Shown here: positions 48,954 to 58,989 of the stretch, in pieces
How the letters are laid out: each line of letters opens with the position of its first letter
How positions within the stretch are numbered: position 1 is the first letter of the stretch
NCBI GenBank assembly: GCA_043814985.1
Contig: JBDRJK010000019.1
Coordinates: forward strand, 1 to 64,000
Direction of reading: 5' to 3'
Source: Candidatus Aenigmatarchaeota archaeon
GTDB taxonomy: Archaea > Aenigmatarchaeota > Aenigmatarchaeia > Aenigmatarchaeales > Aenigmatarchaeaceae
DNA length: 64,000 bases
Notes under the pieces: generated by a model
What the model was told of the DNA's origin: nothing
The model's database searches: none
Seen by the model: only the letters and a program-made list of their open reading frames with translations
Translations under genes and position numbers: made by a program

Positions 48954-49441
48954 AGAATTACCTCCAGTATTATCTTTTTCACTTCGCCTTCTATTTCAGA
49001 AATTCCTAATCTTTTTATCAATATGGCTTTTTTCACATTAGACAAATCACTACCAAAAGAATATGTTATGCCACCACTTTCTATCAACTGCCCGCTTTCG
49101 TTTTTTACTGATAGATACAAATCATAATTTCCAATACCTAGCATATTCCTAACAATGTCATAACTCATAGTTTTCAAATGTTCAAATTTTGTTATGTTCA
49201 ATTTACCAGAATCAAAAAGGCCTATAACTTTAACATTGGAAGGGTTCCAGAACTCAGGATTACCGCTGGTTCTTACTAATGTGTCTGAAACGCTTATAGC
49301 CTTTCTATGCATTTCATTCAGACTATATTGTTCATAAATGTCTGTTTGAAGATTACTATAGTAAACTCCCAGAATGATTACTACTGATATGAATATCATA
49401 ATGCTTATAAAAAAATCTGTTGAAAACAATTCAGCTTTCAA
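48935..49441 (-). CDS. Minor pilin-like protein
   Basis: MKA|ELFSTDF plus hydrophobic helix; SGNPEFW. Confidence 0.7.
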   Translation of the reverse strand: MKAELFSTDFFISIMIFISVVIILGVYYSNLQTDIYEQYSLNEMHRKAISVSDTLVRTSGNPEFWNPSNVKVIGLFDSGKLNITKFEHLKTMSYDIVRNMLGIGNYDLYLSVKNESGQLIESGGITYSFGSDLSNVKKAILIKRLGISEIEGEVKKIILEVILWIKEA

Positions 49442-49835
49442 TTATTATCAACCCACCTTGGTTTTTGATCCTGTTTGTTCCTGGACTTACATTCCCAGAT
49501 ATCTGGTCTGTTATTATGTTCGATATAACATTACTACCATCCCACCTTATTACTACAATCCTAGCATCTTTGTCAATCTCCACAGAGTAACCATTCCTGT
49601 CCACGAGTTTTTGAGATATAGTAAATTCTCTGTAGTAACCTTCCATCCTTGCCGCAGTGTTAATTTCATATGCTATCTGATTAACTATATCTTGTGCGTT
49701 TGCAAAAACTCTTGACTCGTTTACGTCCCTTGTCTTAACTCCAATTATCCCAAAATAGAAAACAAAAAAAGCAAGCAAAATCCCCATAAAGATGATAAAC
49801 TCCATGGAAATTTCAGCCTTCCGTGACGTTGACAT
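49431..49835 (-). CDS. Minor pilin-like protein
   Basis: RKA|EISMEF plus hydrophobic helix. Confidence 0.72.
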   Translation of the reverse strand: MSTSRKAEISMEFIIFMGILLAFFVFYFGIIGVKTRDVNESRVFANAQDIVNQIAYEINTAARMEGYYREFTISQKLVDRNGYSVEIDKDARIVVIRWDGSNVISNIITDQISGNVSPGTNRIKNQGGLIIIES

Positions 49836-50217
49836 AGTTATCCTCTGCTATAATCTTTATTTTTTTCATTCCAGAAATGATTGAGATGTTGCCCTGCAAG
49901 GGGGCTTTTGATATTGCAAAAATGTCATTGGGCGCCGAACCTATGTTGACAGTCATTATCATGACGTTATTGTTGAACTCAATCGAATCTACCCTTTCTG
50001 GGATGTAGACTGAAAGTGTAATTTGTGAAGGTTTCCCCTGCGTGTACACTATGTTAGCAGCTTCTACTATCTTGTTGACAGTTGTTATCGCGTTTGTCAC
50101 TCTTATATCTTCCCTGTTTCTTGCAGTCATCTGCTGAGAAAAAAGAACTAAGATGCTGAGTAATGTGAGAGCTATAGAAAATAGCATCATGTATTCAAAA
50201 GCTGCTTGGCCACGCAT
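49813..50217 (-). CDS. Minor pilin (class III signal peptide)
   Basis: MRG|QAAFEY; start placed at the internal ATG of the 158-aa ORF. Confidence 0.78.
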   Translation of the reverse strand: MRGQAAFEYMMLFSIALTLLSILVLFSQQMTARNREDIRVTNAITTVNKIVEAANIVYTQGKPSQITLSVYIPERVDSIEFNNNVMIMTVNIGSAPNDIFAISKAPLQGNISIISGMKKIKIIAEDNYVNVTEG

Positions 50218-50302
50218 AAATATAATATATTTTCCTTTTATATAAGAAAATTTATACCAAGTGAACTCTCCGCCAATACAGCTAATCAAAAAACTTTAAA
50301 TC

Positions 50303-51976
50303 TTGTCAAACAAATCTGTTATTATGCCTAAGAATTTCTGGAATTCTTTAAAAGAAGAAATAGCCAAGAGCTTGGAAGCTAGTGTTGAAGAGATAGAGGA
50401 GCCAGAGAAATACGGGGACTTTGCATACCCGTGCTTTAATCTCTCAAAGAGGATGAAGAGGAATCCCAATGAGATAGCCAAGGAACTGGCAAAAAAGACA
50501 AAGGTAAATTTTATAGAAAAGGTTGAAGCCACAGGACCTTATGTCAATTTCTATGTTGACTGGTCGAAATTTGGGAACAAGCTTCTGGAAAGTATTGATG
50601 ATGAATACGGCTCATCTGAAGAGAAGGGTACTGTCATGATGGACGTTTTCCAGGCAAATCCCTTCAAGGCCTTTCACATAGGTCATGTGAAGAACGCTGC
50701 TACAGGAGAAGCAATAAGGAGAATGCTAGAAAAAACCGGCATGAAGACAGTTACTGTTAACTATAATGGTGATGTGGGCATACATGTGGCCAGATGGTTA
50801 CTTTATTATAATAAGTTCTGCAACGGGAAAGTTCCAGAGGACTTTACAAGGTTCTCTGGCGACATATACGCAAAGTCTTCTAAATTGTCCAAGGAGGACC
50901 CCAAGTTCGAGGAAGATGCGCAGGAGCTTAATAGGAAGCTAGACCAGCGGGACCCATCAATAATCAAGCAGTGGAAGAAATTCAGGGACCTCTGCTACAA
51001 GGACATTGAAAGAATACGTAAAGATATCAATGTAAAAGTAGATGCGATGATACCTGAAAGTGAATGTGAGGAGCCTGGCAAGAAGATTGTTATGGAACTC
51101 TTTGAGAAAGGAAAGCTTGTCAAGAGTGAAGGAGCAATCGGGATAGACATGGAAAAACATGGTCTAGGGTTCTTCATATTATTAAAGTCTGATGGGACTG
51201 CGATATACGCTACAAAAGACTTTGGACTGTTTCATCTGAAGCATGAAAGATTTGATTTTGATCGCATGATGTATGTTGTCGGGTCAGAGCAGAACTTTTA
51301 TTTCAATCAACTCTTCAAAGCTTTTGATCTGCTCGGTCTTTATCCTATTGAGAAGAGCAGGCACGTGTCTCATGGTATGGTCACACTAAAGGACACAAAG
51401 ATGGCTTCTCGACTTGGTAACGTGATAACTTATGAGGAGCTCAGAGATATAATGACAAAGAAGGCCCTAGAGGAAATAGAAGCCAAGAATCCTGACATGG
51501 AAAACAAGGAGGATACTGCAAAGAAAATAGCACTGGGTGCCATGATGTTCCAAATGCTTGACATGGAAAACAACAAATCGATAAAATTCGACTGGGAGCA
51601 GGCACTTGACATTCAGGGGAGATCAGGACCATATCTGCAGTATTCGCTTGTCAGAGCCCTTAACATAATAAATAAAGATAAGGTCAGTAGCTTTGATGCT
51701 TCATTGCTGAAAGAGGATATTGAACTGAAATTAATGAAGAAGATAGCAAAGTTCCCCGATGTTTTGAAGAATGCCACTGAAAACTACTCCCCAAGCATTA
51801 TAGCCAATTATCTCTTTGAGTTGTCTCAAATCTTTAATTCTTTCTACCACTCAGCTCAAGTCCTTAAAGCAGAAGAATCTTTGAAGAATGCTAGGCTGAA
51901 GCTTGTCGATTCTGTTAGTATAGTCTTGAAGTCTGGTATTTACCTTCTCAATATTCCTTTCTTAGAGAAGATGTAA
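50303..51976 (+). CDS. argS: Arginine--tRNA ligase
   Basis: GDFAYPC, NPFKAFHIGH, KMASRLG and GPYLQY motifs. Confidence 0.96.
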   Translation: MSNKSVIMPKNFWNSLKEEIAKSLEASVEEIEEPEKYGDFAYPCFNLSKRMKRNPNEIAKELAKKTKVNFIEKVEATGPYVNFYVDWSKFGNKLLESIDDEYGSSEEKGTVMMDVFQANPFKAFHIGHVKNAATGEAIRRMLEKTGMKTVTVNYNGDVGIHVARWLLYYNKFCNGKVPEDFTRFSGDIYAKSSKLSKEDPKFEEDAQELNRKLDQRDPSIIKQWKKFRDLCYKDIERIRKDINVKVDAMIPESECEEPGKKIVMELFEKGKLVKSEGAIGIDMEKHGLGFFILLKSDGTAIYATKDFGLFHLKHERFDFDRMMYVVGSEQNFYFNQLFKAFDLLGLYPIEKSRHVSHGMVTLKDTKMASRLGNVITYEELRDIMTKKALEEIEAKNPDMENKEDTAKKIALGAMMFQMLDMENNKSIKFDWEQALDIQGRSGPYLQYSLVRALNIINKDKVSSFDASLLKEDIELKLMKKIAKFPDVLKNATENYSPSIIANYLFELSQIFNSFYHSAQVLKAEESLKNARLKLVDSVSIVLKSGIYLLNIPFLEKM

Positions 51977-52477
51977 TCAGGAAAAACTAAGAAGAGACTG
52001 TATTTTTTCTATAGAACTGAAAATATTGTTCATGTTAACTCCCACTACTGGGACCTGGAAGTTCTTTTTCTGCATCTCCATTTCCAGCTCTTCCATGAAG
52101 ATGCCCTTGCCAGGAACATTCCTCTTTCCGTTCTGTATTCTGTGGACGCCGCATGTCTGCGAGAACTCGACGCCCAATATGCCGAGAACCTTGTAGTCGT
52201 TCCTAAGGTACAGCTCTATCTTTTTCATCACTTTAGAGGACAGCTTCTTGCAGTCATTCCTGTAGCCGTTAGTGGAATTTTTTGTTGTAGGCCTTCTGTT
52301 CAGACCGTTGTTGAACTCGAGCTGTGGGCAATCCAGTTGAACAATGCCTACACCAGCTTCTGCAAATACCTCTAACAAGTCTTTGACAGAACCTGTGTAC
52401 TTCTCCGTTCCTACTGCCATTGCATTTTGGTTCAGAAGACAATGTGATACGAACAGAACCTTTTTGTTCCTTTTCAT
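51977..52477 (-). CDS. DUF523-like Fe-S protein, paralog of 37516-37989
   Basis: HCLLN, QLDCP, SQTCG and GKGIFMEEL motifs. Confidence 0.7.
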   Translation of the reverse strand: MKRNKKVLFVSHCLLNQNAMAVGTEKYTGSVKDLLEVFAEAGVGIVQLDCPQLEFNNGLNRRPTTKNSTNGYRNDCKKLSSKVMKKIELYLRNDYKVLGILGVEFSQTCGVHRIQNGKRNVPGKGIFMEELEMEMQKKNFQVPVVGVNMNNIFSSIEKIQSLLSFS

Positions 52478-52707
52478 GTACTAATATACTAGCACTTTCT
52501 ATCTTATATACTTACTCGTGTCAAGTAGTAAATGTAAAGGGAATTACGTCATTCAACGATTTAAGGTATAATGCTTAAATAATGTCATTTTTATAATCCA
52601 TTTAATTCAAAGCAACTGCTTTGTTTGTCGTTCCTAAACGTATTTCATAATTTTTCAGGGCCGTTAAGATTGACCTTTTAATGGTATAACAGTAAAATGG
52701 TTGAATT

Positions 52708-53562
52708 ATGTCAGCAGAAGAAATCAAGTCATTGTTGAAGCAAGCAGGTTTGACTGAGTATGAGGCAAGGGCCTGTCTAGCTTTGGTTAGATTTGGAAAG
52801 AGTAGGGCAGACAAGATATCATCTGCAGAGGACATACCCCTTCCCAGGGTATATGACACTATGAGCAGCCTGGTAAGGAGGGGTCTGGTGGCAGTTTCCA
52901 GGACAAGGCCTCAGACATTCATGATAACTGATTTCAAGAGGTTCTTCAACATACTCAAGAACGACGAGGCAAGGAAAACAGAAAAGAAGATAAAGGAAAT
53001 AGACAAGATATCCTCTGATTTCATGAAGCTTTCCAATTCACTGAAAATAGCAGAGCCCAAGGAGGAGAAGGAGGACATCCTTTCATATTCCAGGGAGATG
53101 AACATCAATGAGGTCTGGGAGGAGGTTCAGAACCAGACAAAGAAGGAGTTCCTTGTTTTTGCCGGCGACCTTTCCTGGGTCAGTTCCAGATCCAATGATA
53201 TCAAGAAGCTCATCAAGAAAGGAGTCGATTACAGGATTTTATGGTCAAAGCCCGAGAAGGAAATTTTGCCTAATGTCAGGAAAGCCCTTAAGCTCGGAAT
53301 TAAATTGCGCTGCTACAATGACGCCTCAAACAGGCTCAGGGCCATAATATCAGACGGCAAAAAAATATCCCTCATAAGGAAGACCCTGAAGCCTGGGGTT
53401 GTTGCAGGTGCCAAGCCGCCGTTTTGGTCAGAGGACATTGCTGATTACAGTGGCGTTCTGATAACAAGTGGGATGGTGACCAAGGTCTTCAGGGACTATT
53501 TTTATCTTCTCTGGGAAAGCTCCATGCCAGCCGACAAGTTTATTAAGAAATTTAAAAAGTGA
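52708..53562 (+). CDS. TrmB-family transcriptional regulator
   Basis: GLTEYEARACLAL...IPLPRVYDTMSSLVRRGLV. Confidence 0.88.
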   Translation: MSAEEIKSLLKQAGLTEYEARACLALVRFGKSRADKISSAEDIPLPRVYDTMSSLVRRGLVAVSRTRPQTFMITDFKRFFNILKNDEARKTEKKIKEIDKISSDFMKLSNSLKIAEPKEEKEDILSYSREMNINEVWEEVQNQTKKEFLVFAGDLSWVSSRSNDIKKLIKKGVDYRILWSKPEKEILPNVRKALKLGIKLRCYNDASNRLRAIISDGKKISLIRKTLKPGVVAGAKPPFWSEDIADYSGVLITSGMVTKVFRDYFYLLWESSMPADKFIKKFKK

Positions 53563-53567
53563 AGTTG

Positions 53568-53581
53568 ATTTCTTATTATGA
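53568..53581 (+). repeat. attL candidate ATTTCTTATTATGA
   Basis: Identical to 60835-60848. Confidence 0.75.
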
Positions 53582-53665
53582 AGTAGGGTTCGAAATTGAA
53601 GTGCTAACAAAATAATATAAGTATATACTGTGATATATATATTGAACAATATAAGAGGTGAAAAC

Positions 53666-54796
53666 ATGCGAAGCACGACAAATGAGACCTTACTTAGATA
53701 CCAGCAGGAAAGAAGGATAAACGGAATATCTGAAAACAGAAGAAGATTAGACATGACTGTCCTTGTAAGACTGGATGAATTTCTAGGTAAAGACTTTGAA
53801 AATACAAAAGAGGAGGACATAAAGGCTTTCTTCGAGCTTTTGGACATAAAACAGAGCACAAAGAACCAATACATAAGCATTTTGAAGAAGTTCTTTTCTT
53901 GGTTGGGTAAGCCAGAGGCTACAGACTGGCTCAAGTTGGGAAAAATAAAGACAACAATATTAAAGTCAGACCTGCCAACAGTTGATATTCTGAATAAAAT
54001 GATATCAAGAGCTGATAATTCAAGAGACAAGTGTCTTGTGGCTTTGAACTTTGATACTGGCGGAAGAATCAGTGAAGTTTTGAACATTCGTTTATTAGAC
54101 ATTCATCTTGAGAACGAATGTATAGAGATAGACATAAGGGTAAGCAAGACAGATATGCGTTCAGTTGTATGTTTTGACAGCATGCCATATCTTAAAGCCC
54201 ATCTCAAAGAGCATAAGTTCAGGGACAACATGGACAGCTATCTATTCTGTAGGAGCAACAACCCAAACAAACACATTTGTAAAGAAATGGCCCACAAAAT
54301 CATAACATATTACTCAGAATTGGTATGTGGAAGAAAATTCAGTCCTAAAATGTTCAGACACTTGAAAGCTAGTTTGTTGAGTAGTCAATTATCAGATAGC
54401 CATATGAAAAAATACTTTGGTTGGTGTATGGACAGCAAGATGTTAGCTCGGTATGTCCACTTAAGCAGCGATGATGTGATAAATCAATTGAAGCAACAGC
54501 AGGGACTAATAACAACCCCACAAGACAGAAATCCAATAATGCCTAGAACATGTTCAGAATGCCAAGCATTGAATCCAAGACACTTAGAATATTGTCAAAA
54601 ATGTGGATATGGATTAACAACAGGTGCAATAGAAAAGAGTTCAAGAATCAAAAAACTAGAGAAAATGGAAGGATTTCTGCATAAGATTTGCACAACACTT
54701 GCAGTCACAGATGACCATGCACTTTTGAACGCAGACCAGAAGAGATTCAACAAGGATTTGGTCAAAAAGGCACAAGAAGAACTAATGTTGAATTAG
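53666..54796 (+). CDS. Tyrosine recombinase/integrase with C-terminal zinc ribbon
   Basis: TGGRISE, SKT, FRH, GW and RYVH motifs; CSEC...CQKC; GAGGTGA before the ATG at 53666. Confidence 0.92.
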   Translation: MRSTTNETLLRYQQERRINGISENRRRLDMTVLVRLDEFLGKDFENTKEEDIKAFFELLDIKQSTKNQYISILKKFFSWLGKPEATDWLKLGKIKTTILKSDLPTVDILNKMISRADNSRDKCLVALNFDTGGRISEVLNIRLLDIHLENECIEIDIRVSKTDMRSVVCFDSMPYLKAHLKEHKFRDNMDSYLFCRSNNPNKHICKEMAHKIITYYSELVCGRKFSPKMFRHLKASLLSSQLSDSHMKKYFGWCMDSKMLARYVHLSSDDVINQLKQQQGLITTPQDRNPIMPRTCSECQALNPRHLEYCQKCGYGLTTGAIEKSSRIKKLEKMEGFLHKICTTLAVTDDHALLNADQKRFNKDLVKKAQEELMLN

Positions 54797-54893
54797 GGGG
54801 GTTGGCTTTCTTTCTTTTTATCCTCCTAATAGAGTTAATAATATTATTAGAAATAACCATAGGGTTAAAAGCCTCACTTTTCATATTTCCAGT

Positions 54894-55112
54894 ATGAACA
54901 AAGTATTATTCGCTATATTTTTAACAGGAATCATACTTTCAGTTGTTGCAATATCTGGATGCACTACAGGAGCTTCTATAGTAAACCCATGCAGAGGTAG
55001 ATGTGATAGTGGATTTAATGAGTGCAATCGTAGATGCGGGCAGGGGATATTGAGCTCCATTTGTAAAGAAGTGTGTACATCAGATTATAACAAATGTTTA
55101 TCCTATTGTTAG
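54894..55112 (+). CDS. Small Cys-rich lipoprotein
   Basis: Lipobox ISGC followed by 8 Cys in CxxxC pairs. Confidence 0.7.
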   Translation: MNKVLFAIFLTGIILSVVAISGCTTGASIVNPCRGRCDSGFNECNRRCGQGILSSICKEVCTSDYNKCLSYC

Positions 55113-55120
55113 TGATTTAT

Positions 55121-55840
55121 ATGGCTAAAAAGAAAAAATGGTCTAAGCCTACTAAAATAATTGTTTCTGTTGTTGTGGTTCTTATAGCGATTACTATAAT
55201 TGGTAGTGCAGCTTCTGGTCGTTTCTTTATTCAATGTGAAAAAGAGGTTCAAGTGCCATATGATGCTCAAGAGACCTATACTGAGAATGAACCTTACATG
55301 TCAGAGGAATGTGAAACTGTTCAGGTCCCATATACAGATAAAATATGTCATAATATTCAAGTGCCTTATTCAGAAGAAGTATGTACCCAGAATTATTACA
55401 GTTATGCTGTTGAAAATAAAGGATATCATTATTGGAGTATAACTGATACAACTTGTTGGGTTCAGGCTGATATAGTAAATCATGAAGATAATGGAGGAAG
55501 TTTTATAGCCTATACTCATTTTGAATTGGTTGGTGAAGATTTTGTTTACAATCAGACACATTGGGTATATGCTAATTCAAAAAAGACTGTAAGGGCAACT
55601 TATGACTGTGCTATGGGTGAAGATATAAATTTGTACCATTTAACTATCAAACCACCATTGAAAACAGATTGTGAAACAGTTACTAAATACAGGTCTGAGC
55701 AAGAATGCAATGATGTTATAAAATACAGAAATGAACTACAATGTTCAGATGTTACAAAATATCGTGAAGTTGAAAAAACGAGAACAGTAACTAAGTATAA
55801 GACAGAAACAGAAAGCAGTTTCAGTGCTTGTTTCGATTAG
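55121..55840 (+). CDS. Membrane-anchored surface protein with VPY and V-x-KYR repeats
   Basis: TM helix, then 12-residue-period repeats flanking a beta domain; start placed at MAKKKKW. Confidence 0.7.
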   Translation: MAKKKKWSKPTKIIVSVVVVLIAITIIGSAASGRFFIQCEKEVQVPYDAQETYTENEPYMSEECETVQVPYTDKICHNIQVPYSEEVCTQNYYSYAVENKGYHYWSITDTTCWVQADIVNHEDNGGSFIAYTHFELVGEDFVYNQTHWVYANSKKTVRATYDCAMGEDINLYHLTIKPPLKTDCETVTKYRSEQECNDVIKYRNELQCSDVTKYREVEKTRTVTKYKTETESSFSACFD

Positions 55841-55904
55841 TCTTTTAAATTCTCTTTGGTTTTAGTCAAATAAGCTTTTAAACATATAATTCTAAAGAAG
55901 AAGT

Positions 55905-56126
55905 ATGGGAATTCCCACAATACCTAAGGATTTTTATCCAGCCATGATAACTGTTTCTTTGTTTTTCATAAGCCTAAGTGTATTATTTTACTATCAGCCA
56001 AAAGATAGCCAAATATTTGAATTATCCATACCTCTGGCTCTTGTTTCTGTCCTTTCATTATTGTATTTTATTTACAAATGGTATGAAGAACGAAAACCTC
56101 GTAAATTCAAATTTTCACTACCTTGA
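55905..56126 (+). CDS. Small two-TM membrane protein
   Basis: 73-aa hydrophobic ORF. Confidence 0.55.
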   Translation: MGIPTIPKDFYPAMITVSLFFISLSVLFYYQPKDSQIFELSIPLALVSVLSLLYFIYKWYEERKPRKFKFSLP

Positions 56127-56270
56127 GTGGTAGGGAAAACATATATTGATTTTTCTTGACATTCTAGGTATGGAAACATCACTATTAGCCCAAATAATCA
56201 AGATGGAAGGAAATTCTCAAAGGCTGGGTCAGGAGAACAATTAAATTCCTGAACTTTCTAAATATTTAGT

Positions 56271-56744
56271 ATGAAATACAGTGAAATATATTTAAAAAAA
56301 CTTGAAAGTCAAAACAAGTATCCATGGTCTACTTATGAATCTTTATCAAAAAAAATAAGTATATTACTTCAATTCTGTGATATAATCGATAAACACTTTG
56401 ATGAACTTGAGGAAAGTTTAAAATTAACAATAAAAAAATATGAGCTTGCTCCATGTAGCATGCTTTTAGAATACGTAATTCATGAAATTCAATCATTCTA
56501 TAGGCTTTCTTGGAAAAATAAAGAGAAAATAGGTATAACAGAAAAGGATTTTCCTGAATATCAGAATACAGTTTTAAGAAAATTTAGAGATAGAATAACC
56601 GGACATCTTGAGGACATGGATATGAAAGAATTTATAGAATTATATAGAGAAATTGATAAAATTGGGATTAAAAATATTTTAAAAGATTATTTAAAATTTA
56701 GAGATATAGTTATCAAAAAATTAAAAGATACGGAAAAGACTTAA
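56271..56744 (+). CDS. Hypothetical helical protein, possible HEPN-like domain
   Basis: E...RDRITGH (R-x5-H) in an all-helical context. Confidence 0.5.
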   Translation: MKYSEIYLKKLESQNKYPWSTYESLSKKISILLQFCDIIDKHFDELEESLKLTIKKYELAPCSMLLEYVIHEIQSFYRLSWKNKEKIGITEKDFPEYQNTVLRKFRDRITGHLEDMDMKEFIELYREIDKIGIKNILKDYLKFRDIVIKKLKDTEKT

Positions 56745-56768
56745 ATCCTCGTTTTCCATATTTTTATT

Positions 56769-57152
56769 GTGAGTATTCTTGATAGATTTAGAAAAAAGAA
56801 GGAAGTAGATAAGAAAAAAATTCGATTAGAAAAGTTAAAAATGAGGGGTTTTACTCAAAGAAACGAAGATGAAGTTATGAAAAAAGAAGATATTTTAGGT
56901 TTTTGGTGTCATACTTGTGATAAAAATATAACAAAAAGAGACATAAGAAAACATCTAAAAAATAAACATAAAGTGTTTCTAGCAAAGTTTGGAGAAGAAA
57001 CAAAAATTATACATGTGTTAGATAATGATAAAAAACAAGAATTTCTAAAAATAGAGGAAGTAGCATTAAGAAAACACAAAAAAAAGACTAAAATGAAAAA
57101 AGAAAAGGTTACACCTGTAAAATACATCTTGGAATTATACTTAAAAGAATAA
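56769..57152 (+). CDS. Basic protein with C2H2-like zinc finger
   Basis: CHTC...HLKNKH. Confidence 0.55.
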   Translation: MSILDRFRKKKEVDKKKIRLEKLKMRGFTQRNEDEVMKKEDILGFWCHTCDKNITKRDIRKHLKNKHKVFLAKFGEETKIIHVLDNDKKQEFLKIEEVALRKHKKKTKMKKEKVTPVKYILELYLKE

Positions 57153-57163
57153 CCCTTAAATCC

Positions 57164-57370
57164 TTGTTTTTCTATAGATTTAGTGTGGGTGCCATACGAA
57201 TTTTAGGTCTAATCTTATTGATAGTAGGTATCATACTCTTAATTGGTCCGGTTCTTTTTTCATTTCTCGGTTTAGGTGGCTTCCTAATAACTGGAATTTT
57301 ATATGCGATTTTATTCGTCCCATCAATTATTTTAATTGTTGTGGGAGCATGGCTCTACGGAAAAAAATAA
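57164..57370 (+). CDS. Small two-TM membrane protein
   Basis: Hydrophobic ORF; start codon uncertain. Confidence 0.5.
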   Translation: MFFYRFSVGAIRILGLILLIVGIILLIGPVLFSFLGLGGFLITGILYAILFVPSIILIVVGAWLYGKK

Positions 57371-57388
57371 GATTAGAATGGTTTTAGT

Positions 57389-58003
57389 ATGAAAAAAATA
57401 GCTTTGGTAGGCTTGATTTTATTTGTGGTTCTTATAGCTGGCTGTAGTCAAACTACTACAACTACTTCTGATACAGGTCAAGAAGCAACAAAACAAGAAA
57501 CACAAATTTACACGGGTAATACAGAAAATCTTCTACCTGAAAGAGATGAAATCAATACAGAATATGAAATATTAACAACTGAAGATTTCGATATAACTAA
57601 ATATTTTTCAAAATATCAAACAAAAGGTTTAATGACAACAGGATTTGAAAGTGGTAGTTATATGGAACATGAAATTTTGGAAGAATTTCCTAGAAACACC
57701 ATAACTGTAGGATACATTTTCATACTAAAGTTTGATTCTGTTGATAATGCCGATTTATTTTATACTACTATGATTGATATGATAAAAAACGAGGGTGGGT
57801 ATAAAGAGATAAGTTCTTTTTGGATAGATGCTGACTGTTTTGGTAAAGAAGGGTTTTATCCTGATTACCCCCTGAACAATTATTATCAAAATTTTTTCTG
57901 TAAAAAGAAGAACATCTTTTTCAATACAGAAACTTCAGGTTATAAAAAAAGCAGATTATCTGATTCTGAAGAATGGGCTAAAACAATAGCCGACAAAATT
58001 TGA
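57389..58003 (+). CDS. Lipoprotein
   Basis: Lipobox IAGC; Thr-rich linker. Confidence 0.7.
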   Translation: MKKIALVGLILFVVLIAGCSQTTTTTSDTGQEATKQETQIYTGNTENLLPERDEINTEYEILTTEDFDITKYFSKYQTKGLMTTGFESGSYMEHEILEEFPRNTITVGYIFILKFDSVDNADLFYTTMIDMIKNEGGYKEISSFWIDADCFGKEGFYPDYPLNNYYQNFFCKKKNIFFNTETSGYKKSRLSDSEEWAKTIADKI

Positions 58004-58467
58004 ATAGTATGAAAATCCTAATAGCTATTTTGATTCTAGCAACAGTTTTGATAGCCGGGTGTATAAATGCACATTTGGATGTTTCTAAGTCTAAACAAGA
58101 ATTTAATTGTCCATTTGAAATGGAGATAAAAGATGCTATACAAAATAGATTTCTTTATCAAAAAGAATATGGAGCTAGTACGGAAGCTGCTCTTGTAAAT
58201 TGGAATATCTCAGACACATTACTTTTTCAAGATGATTATGAAACAAAATCAATGACTATAGTTTGTAGATATGGTTTAGAAAAAGGAGAAAATATAAACT
58301 ATCTTTATTGTCATTTTGGAATTTTTGATTATACAATCCAACAATTGATTGTGGATTCTCAAGACATCGTAAAAGAAAAAGTAGTACATAGGATACTAGA
58401 ACCTATAATTGTTGATACGAGTAATAACTTTACAGTTGTTGAATTGAAATGCCAAAAGGTTTCTTAG
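58000..58467 (+). CDS. Lipoprotein
   Basis: Lipobox IAGC. Confidence 0.68.
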   Translation: MNSMKILIAILILATVLIAGCINAHLDVSKSKQEFNCPFEMEIKDAIQNRFLYQKEYGASTEAALVNWNISDTLLFQDDYETKSMTIVCRYGLEKGENINYLYCHFGIFDYTIQQLIVDSQDIVKEKVVHRILEPIIVDTSNNFTVVELKCQKVS

Positions 58468-58706
58468 ATTCTCTCTGAAAAGAAGGTATTTTGGCAGTTA
58501 AAAGTCAATTTAACAGGTTGTAAGGCTGCACCTACCTTATGTGTAAGTGTTTAAATTCTCTTTCTTAAAAAAGGGGTAATTTTTTGACGATTTTTTTCGA
58601 TTCTTCAAATTTTTAGCGATAGAAAGCGATTTGATGATATTTTCAATTTTTTAAGCTTTAAATATCGCCACAAATGACCTATCTAAGCTAGGTAAGGTGA
58701 TTTAAT

Positions 58707-58988
58707 ATGGTAAGTGAAAGAAGAATAGAGGACATGAGCAGAGAAGAATTAATCCAAAAACTCAAAGAGACAGAGAATCTAGGTGTAAAAATGACCAGAC
58801 CAAATGACGACAGTAGAATTCAAATGAAATTGTCAGAGGACAGATTCGTTGCAGAACTGATGGACTTAGGTTTGTCAGAGAAATTAGCAACTAGACGATA
58901 TAAGGAATTTTTGAGACTAGGCGGTCTCAGTAATTTCGTCGTGCTGAAAAACGGGTCAGTTACAACCAAGAGAATTTCAAGGTATTAA
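58707..58988 (+). CDS. Hypothetical protein
   Basis: AGGTGA ribosome-binding site; first gene of a tightly coupled 5-gene run. Confidence 0.6.
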   Translation: MVSERRIEDMSREELIQKLKETENLGVKMTRPNDDSRIQMKLSEDRFVAELMDLGLSEKLATRRYKEFLRLGGLSNFVVLKNGSVTTKRISRY

Positions 58989-58989
58989 C

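Noticed and set aside
53585..53597. GGGTTCGAAAT resembling a tRNA T-loop next to the integrase
   Set aside because: No cloverleaf or acceptor stem and no copy at the other end of the element.
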